DNA from: an uncultured Actinomycetes bacterium
GTDB lineage: Bacteria > Actinomycetota > Thermoleophilia > RBG-16-64-13
Assembly (NCBI GenBank): GCA_937148845.1
Contig: CAKZRW010000027.1
Span: forward strand, 3,555-67,554
DNA length: 64,000 bases
Direction of reading: 5' to 3'
Shown: positions 34,466 through 44,644 of the stretch, piece after piece
Position numbering within the stretch: position 1 is the first letter of the stretch
Layout of the letters: every line of letters starts with the position of its first letter
The notes under the pieces: generated by a model
Told to the model about the DNA's origin: nothing
Seen by the model: only the letters and a program-made list of their open reading frames with translations
Databases searched by the model: none
Translations under genes and position numbers: made by a program

Positions 34466-37387
34466 ATGTACACCGGCCGCGACAGCAGGTTGGGAAACAT
34501 CCCGGCTAGCCAGAGTCCTTCCGAACAGATCCGAGGGTTCGCCCGCTGGTGGCGAAGGGTGGGGTGGGGCCGTCGCTTGCTCCTCTTGGTCCCCTTGGCC
34601 GTTATTGTCATTCTTGTGGTCCTGTGGGTGGTATCCCGCCTCCTCACCGACTACTGGTGGTACCAGGAGGTGGGCTACACGACTGTGTTTTGGACTCGTC
34701 TCTGGGCGCAGAGCGCCGCGACGGTAGCGGCCGCCGTAGTCTTCTTCCTCATCCTCTACGGTAATCTGTGGCTGAGTCGGCGTTTTGTGCCCTCGCTGGT
34801 GCCGGCGGGGGAAGCGGGCCGGGGTGTCTATGACCTGGTGGATACGGCCCGGCGGAGCGGTCGCCGATTCTTGCTCTTCATTTCTATCGTGCTGGCGGTC
34901 GTTTTCGGGTTGGGTTACGGCGGCTCGTGGCAACGGGCGCTAACCTACTTCAAGCGCGTGGATTTTGGCTTCTCAGCCCCAGTGTTCGACCGTGATGCGT
35001 CGTTCTTTGTGTTCGCCCTTCCCTTCTTCCGCCTGATCCTGATCTTCCTTATGGTCGCCTTCCTCTTCAGCTTCTTGGCGCTGATCGTGGTCTATGGGCG
35101 GCAGAGGGCTTTTCGGCTGGAAGGGCGGACGCTGTGGGTGGCGCCGCGGGTTAGGGCGCACCTTTCCGTGATCGTGGCGGTGGCCATGTTCGGCAAGGCG
35201 GTGGACTATTTCCTGGGAGTCTGGGGTCTGGCTTATTCAGAGCGGGGCGCTGTCTTCGGGCCGGGCTACACCGATGTCAATGTGCAGATACCGGTTCTGC
35301 GCTTCCTCGCCGTCGTGGCTCTCATCGCGGGTGTGCTCTTCCTCCTCAACGTCTACTGGAAGACCTGGAAGCTGGCGGCAGCCGCCGTAGGCCTTCTCTT
35401 CGTCACTTGGCTCTTCGCGGGGCAGGTGTATCCGGCCATCGTCCAACGGTTCCAAGTGGCGCCCACCGAGATTCAAAAGGAGACCCCTTACATCGCCAAC
35501 AACATCAAGGCTACCCGTTGGGCCTTCGGCCTGGATGAAGTGCGCTCGCTCCCCTTCAAGGCGGAGGTCGGTCTGGACTGGAACGCCATAGAGGCTAACC
35601 CCGGCACGATCGAGAACGTGCGGGTGTGGGACCCTAAACCGGCTCTGCAGACCTACAAGCAGATCCAAGAGATCCGCACCTACTATGCTTTCCAGGACGT
35701 CGACGTCGACCGCTACGTCATCGACGGCCGCTACCGTCAAGTCTTGCTGTCTGCGCGGGAATTCGATCATTCCCAGCTCAGCGTGGAAGCTCAGACCTGG
35801 GTCAACAAGCATCTTACGTACACGCACGGCTACGGTTTGGTGATGAGTCCGGTCAGCGAGTCCACCGAACAGGGGCTACCCAAGCTCTACGTGCGCGATA
35901 TCCCTCCGGTGAGCGTTACCTCTCTACGGGTCAGCAGACCGGAGGTCTATTACGGGGAGCTGACTGACTCGTTCGTGGTAGTGAGGACCCAAGCCCAGGA
36001 GTTCGACTATCCCGCGGGCGACCAGAACAAGTTCACGGAGTACCAAGGTCGGGGCGGCATCGACATCGGCGGCCTCGGGCGCAAACTGCTGTTCGCTGTG
36101 CGCTTGGGCAGTATCAACCTCTTGGTCTCCAATTACTTGGGCGACGAGTCCCGGCTCCTTTACCGCCGGACGCTCGAGGAGCGCGTCCGCAGCATCGCTC
36201 CCTTCCTGCAGTACGACCGCGACCCGTATCTAGTGCTGCGGGACGATGGCAGTCTGGTCTGGGTCTGGGATGCTTACACCGTCTCCGACCGCTTCCCCAA
36301 CTCCCAGCCCAGCTCAGGAGGGATCAACTACGTGCGCAACTCGGTCAAGGTGGTAGTGGACGCCTATCACGGCGAGGTCACCTTCTACCAGCTTGATACC
36401 GAGGATGCGGTAGCCAACACCTGGGGCCGGGTCTTCCCGGGGCTGTTCGTTCCTGGCGACCAGATGCCGGAAGACATCCGTCGCCACCTGCGCTACCCCG
36501 AGGATCTTTTCCGGGTGCAAGCGGAGATGCTGTCCGTCTACCACATGACCGATCCGCAGGTCTTCTATAACAAAGAGGACGTCTGGGAGATCCCCAGGGA
36601 GCTCTACGCTGGCCAAGAAGTGGCGGTGGAGCCGTACTACGTCATGATGGTGCTTCCTGGAGAGGTCCGCGAAGAGTTCGTCCTGCTGCAGCCTTTCACC
36701 CCCCGGGCCAAGCAGAACATGGTCTCGTGGATGGCGGCGCGCATGGACGGCGACAGCTACGGGGAGCTGCTGGTCATCACCTTCCCGAAAGACAAGCTGG
36801 TCTTCGGTCCCTCTCAGATCGAGGCTCGCATCAACAACGATCCCACCATCTCTGCGCAGATAACTCTCTGGGACCAAGCGGGCAGTGAGGTCTTGCGCGG
36901 CAATCTGTTGGTCATCCCGGTTGAAGAGTCCCTGCTCTATGTGGAGCCTCTCTATCTGCAGGCGGCCCAGCGGGCTATCCCTGAACTCACCCGGGTGATC
37001 GTAGCCTACGGCGACATGGTGGTCATGGAGCCCGACCTCAAGTCAGCTCTTGCCGCTATATTCAAAGGAGGTCCTCCGACCACGGTTCCCGGCACGCCCA
37101 CCACAGGCCCGGGCGGGACGACGGGGCCGGGTGGCCGCGAAGGGCCAGCGGGGACCACCACCACCCTGCCTTCGACCACGACCACTATCCCCTCGGGCAC
37201 CACGACCACTACCCGGCCGACCGGGCTGCCGGCCGACCGCGCGGCTCTGCTCGACCTGGCCATCCAGCTCTACGAAGAAGCCCGGGCTGCGCAGCGGGCT
37301 GACGACTGGGCCACCTACGGCGAGAAGATCCGCCGGCTAGGCGAAGTACTGGCTGCTCTGCGGGCGCTGGAAGACGCGGCTCCGTAG
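34466..37387 (+). CDS. UPF0182-family large membrane protein
   Basis: About 970 aa. N-terminal multi-TM region with a YWWYQEVGYTTVFWT motif, a long extracytoplasmic body and a Thr/Pro/Gly-rich C-terminal linker. ATG at 34466 follows GAAGGAGG. Confidence 0.75.
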   Translation: MYTGRDSRLGNIPASQSPSEQIRGFARWWRRVGWGRRLLLLVPLAVIVILVVLWVVSRLLTDYWWYQEVGYTTVFWTRLWAQSAATVAAAVVFFLILYGNLWLSRRFVPSLVPAGEAGRGVYDLVDTARRSGRRFLLFISIVLAVVFGLGYGGSWQRALTYFKRVDFGFSAPVFDRDASFFVFALPFFRLILIFLMVAFLFSFLALIVVYGRQRAFRLEGRTLWVAPRVRAHLSVIVAVAMFGKAVDYFLGVWGLAYSERGAVFGPGYTDVNVQIPVLRFLAVVALIAGVLFLLNVYWKTWKLAAAAVGLLFVTWLFAGQVYPAIVQRFQVAPTEIQKETPYIANNIKATRWAFGLDEVRSLPFKAEVGLDWNAIEANPGTIENVRVWDPKPALQTYKQIQEIRTYYAFQDVDVDRYVIDGRYRQVLLSAREFDHSQLSVEAQTWVNKHLTYTHGYGLVMSPVSESTEQGLPKLYVRDIPPVSVTSLRVSRPEVYYGELTDSFVVVRTQAQEFDYPAGDQNKFTEYQGRGGIDIGGLGRKLLFAVRLGSINLLVSNYLGDESRLLYRRTLEERVRSIAPFLQYDRDPYLVLRDDGSLVWVWDAYTVSDRFPNSQPSSGGINYVRNSVKVVVDAYHGEVTFYQLDTEDAVANTWGRVFPGLFVPGDQMPEDIRRHLRYPEDLFRVQAEMLSVYHMTDPQVFYNKEDVWEIPRELYAGQEVAVEPYYVMMVLPGEVREEFVLLQPFTPRAKQNMVSWMAARMDGDSYGELLVITFPKDKLVFGPSQIEARINNDPTISAQITLWDQAGSEVLRGNLLVIPVEESLLYVEPLYLQAAQRAIPELTRVIVAYGDMVVMEPDLKSALAAIFKGGPPTTVPGTPTTGPGGTTGPGGREGPAGTTTTLPSTTTTIPSGTTTTTRPTGLPADRAALLDLAIQLYEEARAAQRADDWATYGEKIRRLGEVLAALRALEDAAP

Positions 37388-37403
37388 TCAAGCGCAAGGC
37401 GAT

Positions 37404-37463
37404 TCTCGGGCCAAGGTGCTCTCGGCCCAGGCCATCCTCGGGCCCGGGTGCTCTCGGCCCAGG
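37404..37463 (+). repeat. Tandem direct repeat of about 30 nt, 2 copies, period 31
   Basis: (t)tctcgggccaaggtgctctcggcccaggc and tcctcgggcccgggtgctctcggcccaggc. Each copy can fold as a gggcc/ggccc mini-hairpin. Confidence 0.5.
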
Positions 37464-37500
37464 CGCTCCTTCGGGTGGGCCTTTTTCGGGCTCCTCTGGG

Positions 37501-37537
37501 GGATGCATCCTGAATGCGATTCGTTTAAGATGCATCT
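37501..37537 (+). promoter_or_regulatory. Two ATGCAT-centred 10-bp perfect palindromes (GGATGCATCC and AGATGCATCT) 17 bp apart, upstream of the nmrA-like/TetR operon; candidate TetR operator pair
   Basis: Seen directly at 37501-37510 and 37528-37537, about 75 nt upstream of the ATG at 37613. Confidence 0.45.
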
Positions 37538-37612
37538 TGAAGTCTGCCACAGGACAGCGGAGCATCTTGGGACACAATCCCGGGACGCGACTAGCAGAGG
37601 GGGAGGTTTGAG

Positions 37613-38467
37613 ATGAAGATAGGCGTGACCGGAGCCACAGGACAGCTGGGCCGGTTGGTAGTGCAGCATCTGCTCAAGCACTGCCAGCCCGAGGACGTGG
37701 TGGCAGTAGTGCGGGATCCGGCCAAGGCGGCCGACTTGGCCGGGCAGGGCGTCACCGTGAGGGTTGCCTCTTACGATGATCGCGCGGCCCTAGAGGTAGC
37801 TCTGGCGGGTGTGGACAAGCTGCTTCTCATCTCCTCGAACGAAGTCGGGCGGCGGATCCCCCAGCACCAGAACGTCATCAATGCCGCTAGAGCGGTCGGG
37901 GTCAAACACGTGGTGTACACGAGCGCTCCCAAAGCGACTACGTCTTCGCTGGTACTTGCTCCCGAACACAAGGCGACCGAGGAATACCTGGCTGCCTCTG
38001 GCCTCACCTACACGGTACTTCGCAACAACTGGTACAGCGAGAACTACACCCAGACCATCCGCAACGCGGCTGCCAGCGGGGAGATAGTCTCGGCGGCGGG
38101 GAACGGCCGAGTAGCCAGCGCTACGCGGGCGGACTATGCCGAGGCGGCAGCGGTCGTGCTCACCAGTGAGGGTCATGAGAACAAGGTCTACGAGCTAGGG
38201 GGCGACCAAGCCTGGGACTTCTATGAGTTGGCGGCGATGATCGCCGAGGTCACCGGCCGGCCTTGCACCTACAAGGCGGTAGAAGCGGCCGAGCTGGTCG
38301 AGCGTATGCGGCAGGCAGGGGCCGATGAAGGCACGGCGGCTTTTGTGGCGGCTCTGGACACCAACATCGCAGAGGGGGCTTTGGCGGAAGTCACCGGTGA
38401 CCTCTCCCGGCTTCTCGGGCGGCCGACCACTCCCATGCAGGAGACGGTCAAGGCCGTACTGCAGTGA
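37613..38467 (+). CDS. NmrA-like/NAD(P)H-binding atypical SDR protein
   Basis: MKIGVTGATGQLGRLVVQHLL dinucleotide-binding N-terminus. About 284 aa. Confidence 0.7.
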   Translation: MKIGVTGATGQLGRLVVQHLLKHCQPEDVVAVVRDPAKAADLAGQGVTVRVASYDDRAALEVALAGVDKLLLISSNEVGRRIPQHQNVINAARAVGVKHVVYTSAPKATTSSLVLAPEHKATEEYLAASGLTYTVLRNNWYSENYTQTIRNAAASGEIVSAAGNGRVASATRADYAEAAAVVLTSEGHENKVYELGGDQAWDFYELAAMIAEVTGRPCTYKAVEAAELVERMRQAGADEGTAAFVAALDTNIAEGALAEVTGDLSRLLGRPTTPMQETVKAVLQ

Positions 38468-39234
38468 GCAGTAAGAGCGAGAAGGAGGGCGCCGGGGCTC
38501 AGGGGCGGGGACCCGGGATCGCCGCCCCCGAGCCCCGGCCGGCCCGAGCCGCGGCGCCTTCTCAGGTCGAGCAGGAGGTGACGACCGGGCGTCCCGCCGG
38601 TGTGGTGGGGCGGAAGCGGGTGCGGAAGCCCAAACCGGTGCGACGTCGCGAGATCGCCGAGGCCGCACTTCGCATCATGGCCAAACACGGGTACTACGGT
38701 ACCTCGGTAGAACGCATAGCGAGGGCAGTAGGCATCTCCAACAGCGCCCTTTACCAACACTTCCGGAACCGCGAGGACGTGATGGTGGCTGCCACCGAAC
38801 TGCTGGGCGAGCGCGGCGACGAGTGGATACGGCGGGCGGGTGGGGCGACGGCTCTGGATCGGCTGCTCAACATCGTGGACAGCCACCTGGAGTGGGCCTT
38901 GGCTTCGCTTGAGACTTTCGTGCGCCCCGTGTTTGCCATCGTCGGCGTGACAGAGAAAGCCCGGCTTGAGCCGAGCACACCGCGAGGGGTGCGGCAATCG
39001 TTCGAGGCTCTTCTACCCATCGTCGAGCAGGCGCAGAGGGAGGGGAGTATCCGGACCGATGTCGACCCCGGGGATCTAGCCTGGGCCATCCTCATGTTCG
39101 CGTGGGCGGAAGATATGGCTCTTCTGGCGCGGGTGGGCCCCGTGACCGACGGTGGAGCTTCCAAGCGGAATTTCCGCCGGTTGTTGGTTGCCTACCTGAC
39201 CCCGGAGGGCGCTCGCAAGCTCGCGGAGTCTTGA
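38464..39234 (+). CDS. TetR-family transcriptional regulator
   Basis: HTH at residues 60-110 (RREIAEAALRIMAKHGYYGTSVERIARAVGISNSALYQHFRNR). The low-complexity N-terminal 60 aa may not be translated, so the start is uncertain. Confidence 0.7.
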   Translation: MSSKSEKEGAGAQGRGPGIAAPEPRPARAAAPSQVEQEVTTGRPAGVVGRKRVRKPKPVRRREIAEAALRIMAKHGYYGTSVERIARAVGISNSALYQHFRNREDVMVAATELLGERGDEWIRRAGGATALDRLLNIVDSHLEWALASLETFVRPVFAIVGVTEKARLEPSTPRGVRQSFEALLPIVEQAQREGSIRTDVDPGDLAWAILMFAWAEDMALLARVGPVTDGGASKRNFRRLLVAYLTPEGARKLAES

Positions 39235-39322
39235 CTTGTCCGCAGGCAGCGTGATACTGGTAGAGTAGCTAACTGAACGAGATTCATAAAGGGGAGTCGG
39301 TGAGGGGGTCCGCAGGGGGGAC

Positions 39323-40567
39323 ATGGAGAGGGCAGCCGGCCTATCGTTCCAGGAACGCGAAGCACGGTTTGCTGCGGCCGTCCGGCTGGAGGTTCCCGAC
39401 CGGGTGCCTCTGGAGATCGCTTATGGGTATTTTCCGGCCAGGTATTGCGGGGTCAGGCCTGACGCTGCTTACTACGACTACGAGACCTGGCTGGCCGCTT
39501 GCCTTGCCACAGTGGCGGCTTTTGGGGCTGACATGAGCAGTGTGCAACCTTTCTTTCCGGGAGAGGTGCTCGAAATGATCGAGCCGCAGGCCCTGCGCTG
39601 GCCGGGTGGTCGGGGAGCCGAGATCCGGTCTCACCAGGTGTTGGACGGCGAGTACATGCGCGATTCAGAGTACCCGGCGCTGATAGCCGACCCCACCTCG
39701 TTTCTGCTTACTCGCTATCTTCCGCGAGCCACCGGAGCCCTGCGGGGTTTCGCCTGCTTACCTCCCTTGCCTTGTGCCGATGCAGGTTATCGAGGGGTGC
39801 TTTGCCTAGCGGAAGCTCTGCTCGAGCCCGAAGTCGCGGCTGCTTTGGAACGCCTCAAGGACATCGGTGAGGTCTTCGCTCGCTGGCGGCCACGGCTCGC
39901 CGCCTTCGACCAGGAACTGGAGAACGCTGGTTTCCCTCTGCTGGCGGACCGGGTGGTGTTGGCTCCTTACGACATCATTGCCGACAACTTGCGGGGTATG
40001 CGGGGCATCATGACCGACTTGTTCAAGCATCCCGATGAGCTCCAGCAAGCCTGCGCCGCGCTGCTCAGAGTCATCCTGGACCGTCTAGGCTGGCCGGTGG
40101 AGGGCCGGTCCAACCGGGTGCTCATTCCTCTTCATTTCGGCTCCGCAGGCTTCTGCTCGCTGGAACAGTTCGAAACCTTCTACTGGCCCACCCTTAGGCA
40201 GATGATCGTAGCCATGGTGCAGCGCGGGTTCACTCCCCTGGTCATGACCGAGGGTGATTACACCTCGCGACTGGAGTACCTGCTGGAACTGCCCCGCGGC
40301 AAGGTTTTCGTGCACTTCGACGCCACCGATGTTTTCCGGGCCAAAGACGTGCTGGGCGGACACCTTTGCATCAGCGGCAATGTGCCGGTGACCCTCTTGG
40401 CCGCAGGGACGCCGGAAGAGGTACGCGCAGTGGCGAAGGAACTCATCGACTACTGTGGGCGGGACGGGGGCTTCGTGATGTCCACCCGCTGTCCCGTGGA
40501 CGACGTGCGGCCGGAGAATCTTAGGGCTTTGGTCGACTTCACTGTGCAATACGGCGTGTACGTGTGA
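39323..40567 (+). CDS. Uroporphyrinogen decarboxylase (URO-D/MtaA)-family protein
   Basis: TIM-barrel URO-D-like pattern including a C-terminal GGFVMSTRCPV..PENLRALVDF segment. Confidence 0.6.
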   Translation: MERAAGLSFQEREARFAAAVRLEVPDRVPLEIAYGYFPARYCGVRPDAAYYDYETWLAACLATVAAFGADMSSVQPFFPGEVLEMIEPQALRWPGGRGAEIRSHQVLDGEYMRDSEYPALIADPTSFLLTRYLPRATGALRGFACLPPLPCADAGYRGVLCLAEALLEPEVAAALERLKDIGEVFARWRPRLAAFDQELENAGFPLLADRVVLAPYDIIADNLRGMRGIMTDLFKHPDELQQACAALLRVILDRLGWPVEGRSNRVLIPLHFGSAGFCSLEQFETFYWPTLRQMIVAMVQRGFTPLVMTEGDYTSRLEYLLELPRGKVFVHFDATDVFRAKDVLGGHLCISGNVPVTLLAAGTPEEVRAVAKELIDYCGRDGGFVMSTRCPVDDVRPENLRALVDFTVQYGVYV

Positions 40568-40591
40568 GCTCGACCTGACGCAGGGGGCGGA

Positions 40592-41551
40592 ATGGTCACA
40601 TACATTGTGAGGCGGCTGCTCATGGGGATCTTGGTGATCTTCCTCATGTCGCTCATCGTCTTCTTCTCGGTGCGGCTGCTTCCAGGGGACCCGGTTCTCA
40701 TATTCGTCGCTCAACAACAGACCGGAGCCCAGGTCACCCAGGAGCAGCTGGAGAAGCTGCGGGTGGAATACGGCCTGGACAAGCCCGTCCCCATCCAGTA
40801 CTTGAACTGGGCCAAGGGGGTGATCACCGGGGATCTTGGCAAGTCCATCATGTACCGGGACGATGTGGGCCAGCTCTTACGCGACCGCTTCCCGGTCACC
40901 CTCTACCTGGGGTTGGTGTCAGTGGCGATCAGTACCATCTTCGGCATCGTTTTCGGGCTGCTTGCTGCTATTCGTCGGGGGACCTGGATCGACTCGGTAG
41001 TGACCTTCCTCTCGTATATCGGTCTTACCATCCCGGTCTTCTTGCTCGGCATCCTCTTGATCTACGTCTTCGGGCTCAAGTTGCGCTGGCTGCCCATCGC
41101 CGGGTACACGGCGCCCTGGGACAACTACTGGTTGAGCGTCAAGCAGAGCATCATGCCCATCATCTGCCTGGCGGTCGCCCCTCTGGCCATGACGGCCCGG
41201 CAGATGCGTTCCAGTGTGCTCGAGGTCAACAACATGGACTATGTGCGCACGGCCTGGTCCAAGGGGCTCAAGGAGAAGGTGGTCGTCTTTAGGCATGTGC
41301 TCAAGAACAGTCTGCTGCCGGTGGTCACGATGCTTGGCATCAGCGTCGGACTCATCTTCGGTGGCTCGGTGATTATTGAGAACCTCTTTGCGATCCCTGG
41401 AGTAGGACGGCTGCTCGTGGGGGCAGTGTTCGGCCAAGACTACGTGGTCATCCAGGGGGGGACTCTGGTGATCGCCACCATCATCGTCATCGTCAACCTG
41501 ATCGTCGACATCTCTTACGGCTGGCTTGACCCGAGGATCCGCTATGAGTGA
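40592..41551 (+). CDS. ABC transporter permease (peptide/opine/nickel type, OppB/DppB-like)
   Basis: 6-TM permease carrying the EAA-type motif region. Confidence 0.85.
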   Translation: MVTYIVRRLLMGILVIFLMSLIVFFSVRLLPGDPVLIFVAQQQTGAQVTQEQLEKLRVEYGLDKPVPIQYLNWAKGVITGDLGKSIMYRDDVGQLLRDRFPVTLYLGLVSVAISTIFGIVFGLLAAIRRGTWIDSVVTFLSYIGLTIPVFLLGILLIYVFGLKLRWLPIAGYTAPWDNYWLSVKQSIMPIICLAVAPLAMTARQMRSSVLEVNNMDYVRTAWSKGLKEKVVVFRHVLKNSLLPVVTMLGISVGLIFGGSVIIENLFAIPGVGRLLVGAVFGQDYVVIQGGTLVIATIIVIVNLIVDISYGWLDPRIRYE

Positions 41552-42482
41552 CGTTTCCGAACAAGTCTTCGTCGATCAGTCCGGCCCCGACCAGGTGCCG
41601 TACGGGCGCCCATTGGATGCCGAGGTAGCCCGCCCGGTCAGTGAGTGGCGGCGCTTCCTCCGGATCTTCTTCCAGCGCAAGTTGGTGGTGTTCGGGGTGG
41701 CGGTACTGGTGGTACTGGTCGTCGTGGCGATCTTTGCTCCTTGGATCGCGACACACGATCCTTACCGCAACGACATGTCCAAAGCTCTGCGCTCACCTAG
41801 CAGCGAGCACTGGTTGGGCACCGACAGTCTAGGGCGCGACACCTTCAGTCGCCTGGTCTACGGGGCTCGTACGGCACTCATCGTGGGCTTCGGCACGGTC
41901 GCCGTGGCCTCGGTGGTGGGGATGATCCTGGGACTGCTGGCCGGCTTCCTAGGCGGTTGGGTCAACGCGATCATCATGCGGGTCATGGATGCGCTCATGG
42001 GGTTTCCCATGTTGGTGCTGGCGCTGCTTCTGGCTGCGGTTCTGGGAGCGGGCATCCACAATGTGATCATCGCCCTTTCCATCGCTACCCTTCCCGCCTA
42101 CACCCGCCTCATGTGCGGCGAGACGCTCAGCGTCAAAGAGAACGAGTACATCATGGCCCAACGCGCGATGGGGGCCAAGAGCCTGCGCACGATGGTCAAG
42201 CATATTCTGCCCAACGCCTTCCAACCCACTTTGGTGCTGGTCACCTCCATGCTGGGGAATGTCATTCTGGCCGAGGCAGGGCTCAGCTTCCTCGGCATCG
42301 GCATCAAGCCTCCGGGGGTGGCTTGGGGAAGCATGACTGCCGACGGTTATCGGTTCCTGGAGGCGCATCCGCAACTGTCGTTCGCGCCCGCTCTATGCAT
42401 CATGGTGGTGGTGTTCGCTTTCAACATGGTGGGAGACGGGTTGCGTGACGCTCTCGATCCCAAACTGCGGGGTGTGCTGTGA
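41544..42482 (+). CDS. ABC transporter permease (OppC/DppC-like)
   Basis: N-terminal cytoplasmic extension then 6 TM. Start overlaps the upstream stop. Confidence 0.8.
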   Translation: MSDVSEQVFVDQSGPDQVPYGRPLDAEVARPVSEWRRFLRIFFQRKLVVFGVAVLVVLVVVAIFAPWIATHDPYRNDMSKALRSPSSEHWLGTDSLGRDTFSRLVYGARTALIVGFGTVAVASVVGMILGLLAGFLGGWVNAIIMRVMDALMGFPMLVLALLLAAVLGAGIHNVIIALSIATLPAYTRLMCGETLSVKENEYIMAQRAMGAKSLRTMVKHILPNAFQPTLVLVTSMLGNVILAEAGLSFLGIGIKPPGVAWGSMTADGYRFLEAHPQLSFAPALCIMVVVFAFNMVGDGLRDALDPKLRGVL

Positions 42483-43519
42483 GAACGAGCGTCTCAGGTA
42501 GCGCAGCGGTGTGCGAAGCGGGCCCTCGGGGCCGCATGCTGGAGGTCGAGGATCTCTACACCGAGTTCAAGATCGACCAGGGCATCGTCCATGCTGTGAA
42601 CGGGATCTCCTACGCAGTGGACGAGCGCGAGATCGTCGGTATGGTCGGTGAGAGTGGTTGTGGCAAGACGGTGTCTCAGCTTTCGGTGATGCAGCTCATC
42701 CGGCGTCCGGGTCGGATCGCCGGGGGGAAGGTCTGGTTCGAAGGAGTCAATCTGCTGGAGTACCGGCCCAACAGCCCGGAGATGCGGGCCATCCGGGGAG
42801 GCAAGATCAGCATGATCTTCCAAGAGCCCATGACCTCTCTCAATCCTACGCTCACCATCGGGCGCCAGATCACCGAGTCCCTCGAGCTCCACTTGGGTAT
42901 GAACAAGAAGGAAGCGCGGGCCAGAGCCATCGAGCTGCTGGACCAAGTCGGTATCCCGAGCGCTGCCAGTCGGCTGGACGACTATCCTCATCAGTTCAGC
43001 GGCGGTATGCGGCAGCGGGTCATGATCGCCATCGGCGTGGCCTGTGAGCCCAAGATGGTGATCGCCGACGAGCCTACGACGGCGCTCGACTGCACCACAC
43101 AGGCTCAGTTGCTTGAGCTCATGCTTGCCACTATAGACCGCTGCCAGGGGGCGCTGGTGCTTGTCACTCACAATCTGGGCGTGGTGGCCCGTTATGCCCA
43201 GCGGCTGTACATCATGTACGCGGGCAAGATCGTGGAAGAGGGGCGCTGCCGCGACATCTTCTACCGGCCCAGCCACCCCTATACCATAGGTCTCCTGAAC
43301 AGTGTTCCGCGGCTGGATGAGGCCAAAGGTAAACGGCTCGTCCCCATCTGGGGGACGCCACCCAACCTTATCGATCCCCCTGCGCGTTGCGCCTTCTACC
43401 CGCGCTGTCCCGAACGGACAGAACGCTGCCGGGTGGAACCGTGGCCGGAGCTCAAGCCGGTCGAGGGGGAAGGCCACCTGGTCCGTTGCTACATGCGGGA
43501 AGGAGGTCGCGGGGCATGA
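42479..43519 (+). CDS. ABC transporter ATP-binding protein (OppD/DppD-like)
   Basis: Walker A (GESGCGKT), signature (SGGMRQR) and Walker B (LLIADEPT). GTGA overlap with the upstream gene. An alternative start at 42536 (MLEVEDL) exists. Confidence 0.8.
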   Translation: MRTSVSGSAAVCEAGPRGRMLEVEDLYTEFKIDQGIVHAVNGISYAVDEREIVGMVGESGCGKTVSQLSVMQLIRRPGRIAGGKVWFEGVNLLEYRPNSPEMRAIRGGKISMIFQEPMTSLNPTLTIGRQITESLELHLGMNKKEARARAIELLDQVGIPSAASRLDDYPHQFSGGMRQRVMIAIGVACEPKMVIADEPTTALDCTTQAQLLELMLATIDRCQGALVLVTHNLGVVARYAQRLYIMYAGKIVEEGRCRDIFYRPSHPYTIGLLNSVPRLDEAKGKRLVPIWGTPPNLIDPPARCAFYPRCPERTERCRVEPWPELKPVEGEGHLVRCYMREGGRGA

Positions 43520-44595
43520 ACGAGGCCCGCGCCACCGAAACCCGGCTGGTGGGCCGACCCCAGGACGCAGAGGTGTCTGTGGCGGTCCCTGCGAACGACG
43601 TGATCCTCAAGGTCGAGGACCTGCGCATGTACTTCCCTATCACCCGGGGTCTGCTCAAACGCAAGGTGGGCGAGGTCAAGGCTGTGGACGGTGTGAGCTT
43701 CACTATCCGTCGGGGCGAGACTTTGGGATTGGTGGGGGAGAGCGGTTGCGGTAAGACCACCGTCGGCCGTTGCATCTCGCGCATCTATCAGCCTACAGAC
43801 GGACGCATCTGGTTCGAGCACAGGGAGATCTCCAAGCTTGCCGAGAAGGAGTTCCGGCCGCTGCGCCGGCACATCGCTGTCATCTTCCAGGATCCTTATG
43901 GCTCTCTCGACCCCCGGCAGACAGCCGGGAGCATCGTGGGGGAGCCGCTTGAGATCCACAAGATGGTGCGGAGCAAGGCTGAGTATCGCGAGCGGGTGGC
44001 CGGCCTGTTCGCCAAGGTGGGGCTTGATCCCGCCCTGATGTCGCGCTATCCGCACGAGTTCAGCGGAGGCCAGCGCCAACGCATCGGCATCGCGCGGGCC
44101 CTGGCCGGGGATCCCAGCCTGATCATCTGCGATGAGCCAGTATCTGCCCTGGACGTCTCGATCCAGGCCCAGATCATCAACCTGCTCATGGATCTCAAGG
44201 AAGGGTCTTCCGGTCTCACCTACATCTTCATCGCCCACGATCTCTCCGTGGTCAAACACATCAGCGACCGCATCGCAGTGATGTATCTGGGGCGCGTCGT
44301 AGAGATCACCACGCCGGCCGAGCTTTATTCCAACCCCATCCATCCCTATACGCGAGCTTTGTTGTCGGCGGTCTGCGTTCCCGACCCCGATATCGAGGCC
44401 ACCCGGGAACGCATCGTTCTGGAGGGAGAGGTGCCCAGTCCTGTGAATCCTCCCTCGGGCTGCACGTTTCACGCTCGGTGCCCGGAGGCCACGCCTGCCT
44501 GCAAGACCACGGTGCCCAAGCTGACTATGGTGGCCGAAGACCACGAGGTGGCCTGTCTTAGGGTAGCCGAGGCCGCGGTGAAGGAGGAGCAGTAG
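43516..44595 (+). CDS. ABC transporter ATP-binding protein (OppF/DppF-like)
   Basis: Walker A (GESGCGKTT), signature (SGGQRQR) and Walker B ([12 protein letters not shown]). ATGA overlap with the upstream gene. Confidence 0.85.
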   Translation: MNEARATETRLVGRPQDAEVSVAVPANDVILKVEDLRMYFPITRGLLKRKVGEVKAVDGVSFTIRRGETLGLVGESGCGKTTVGRCISRIYQPTDGRIWFEHREISKLAEKEFRPLRRHIAVIFQDPYGSLDPRQTAGSIVGEPLEIHKMVRSKAEYRERVAGLFAKVGLDPALMSRYPHEFSGGQRQRIGIARALAGDPSLIICDEPVSALDVSIQAQIINLLMDLKEGSSGLTYIFIAHDLSVVKHISDRIAVMYLGRVVEITTPAELYSNPIHPYTRALLSAVCVPDPDIEATRERIVLEGEVPSPVNPPSGCTFHARCPEATPACKTTVPKLTMVAEDHEVACLRVAEAAVKEEQ

Positions 44596-44644
44596 TCCGC
44601 TGCAAGGTCGCGGTCTACGGAGGCGGAAGAAGGAGGGTGACCCG

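Noticed and set aside
33812-34933. 373-aa minus-strand ORF and several 100-160-aa ORFs at 32885-34068
   Set aside because: They overlap the GH3 and UPF0182 genes in other frames or strands. They are low complexity and Arg/Pro-rich, which is the spurious high-GC ORF pattern.
42494-44544. Two long minus-strand ORFs of 327 and 351 aa
   Set aside because: Antisense to the ABC ATPase genes, which carry canonical Walker and signature motifs.
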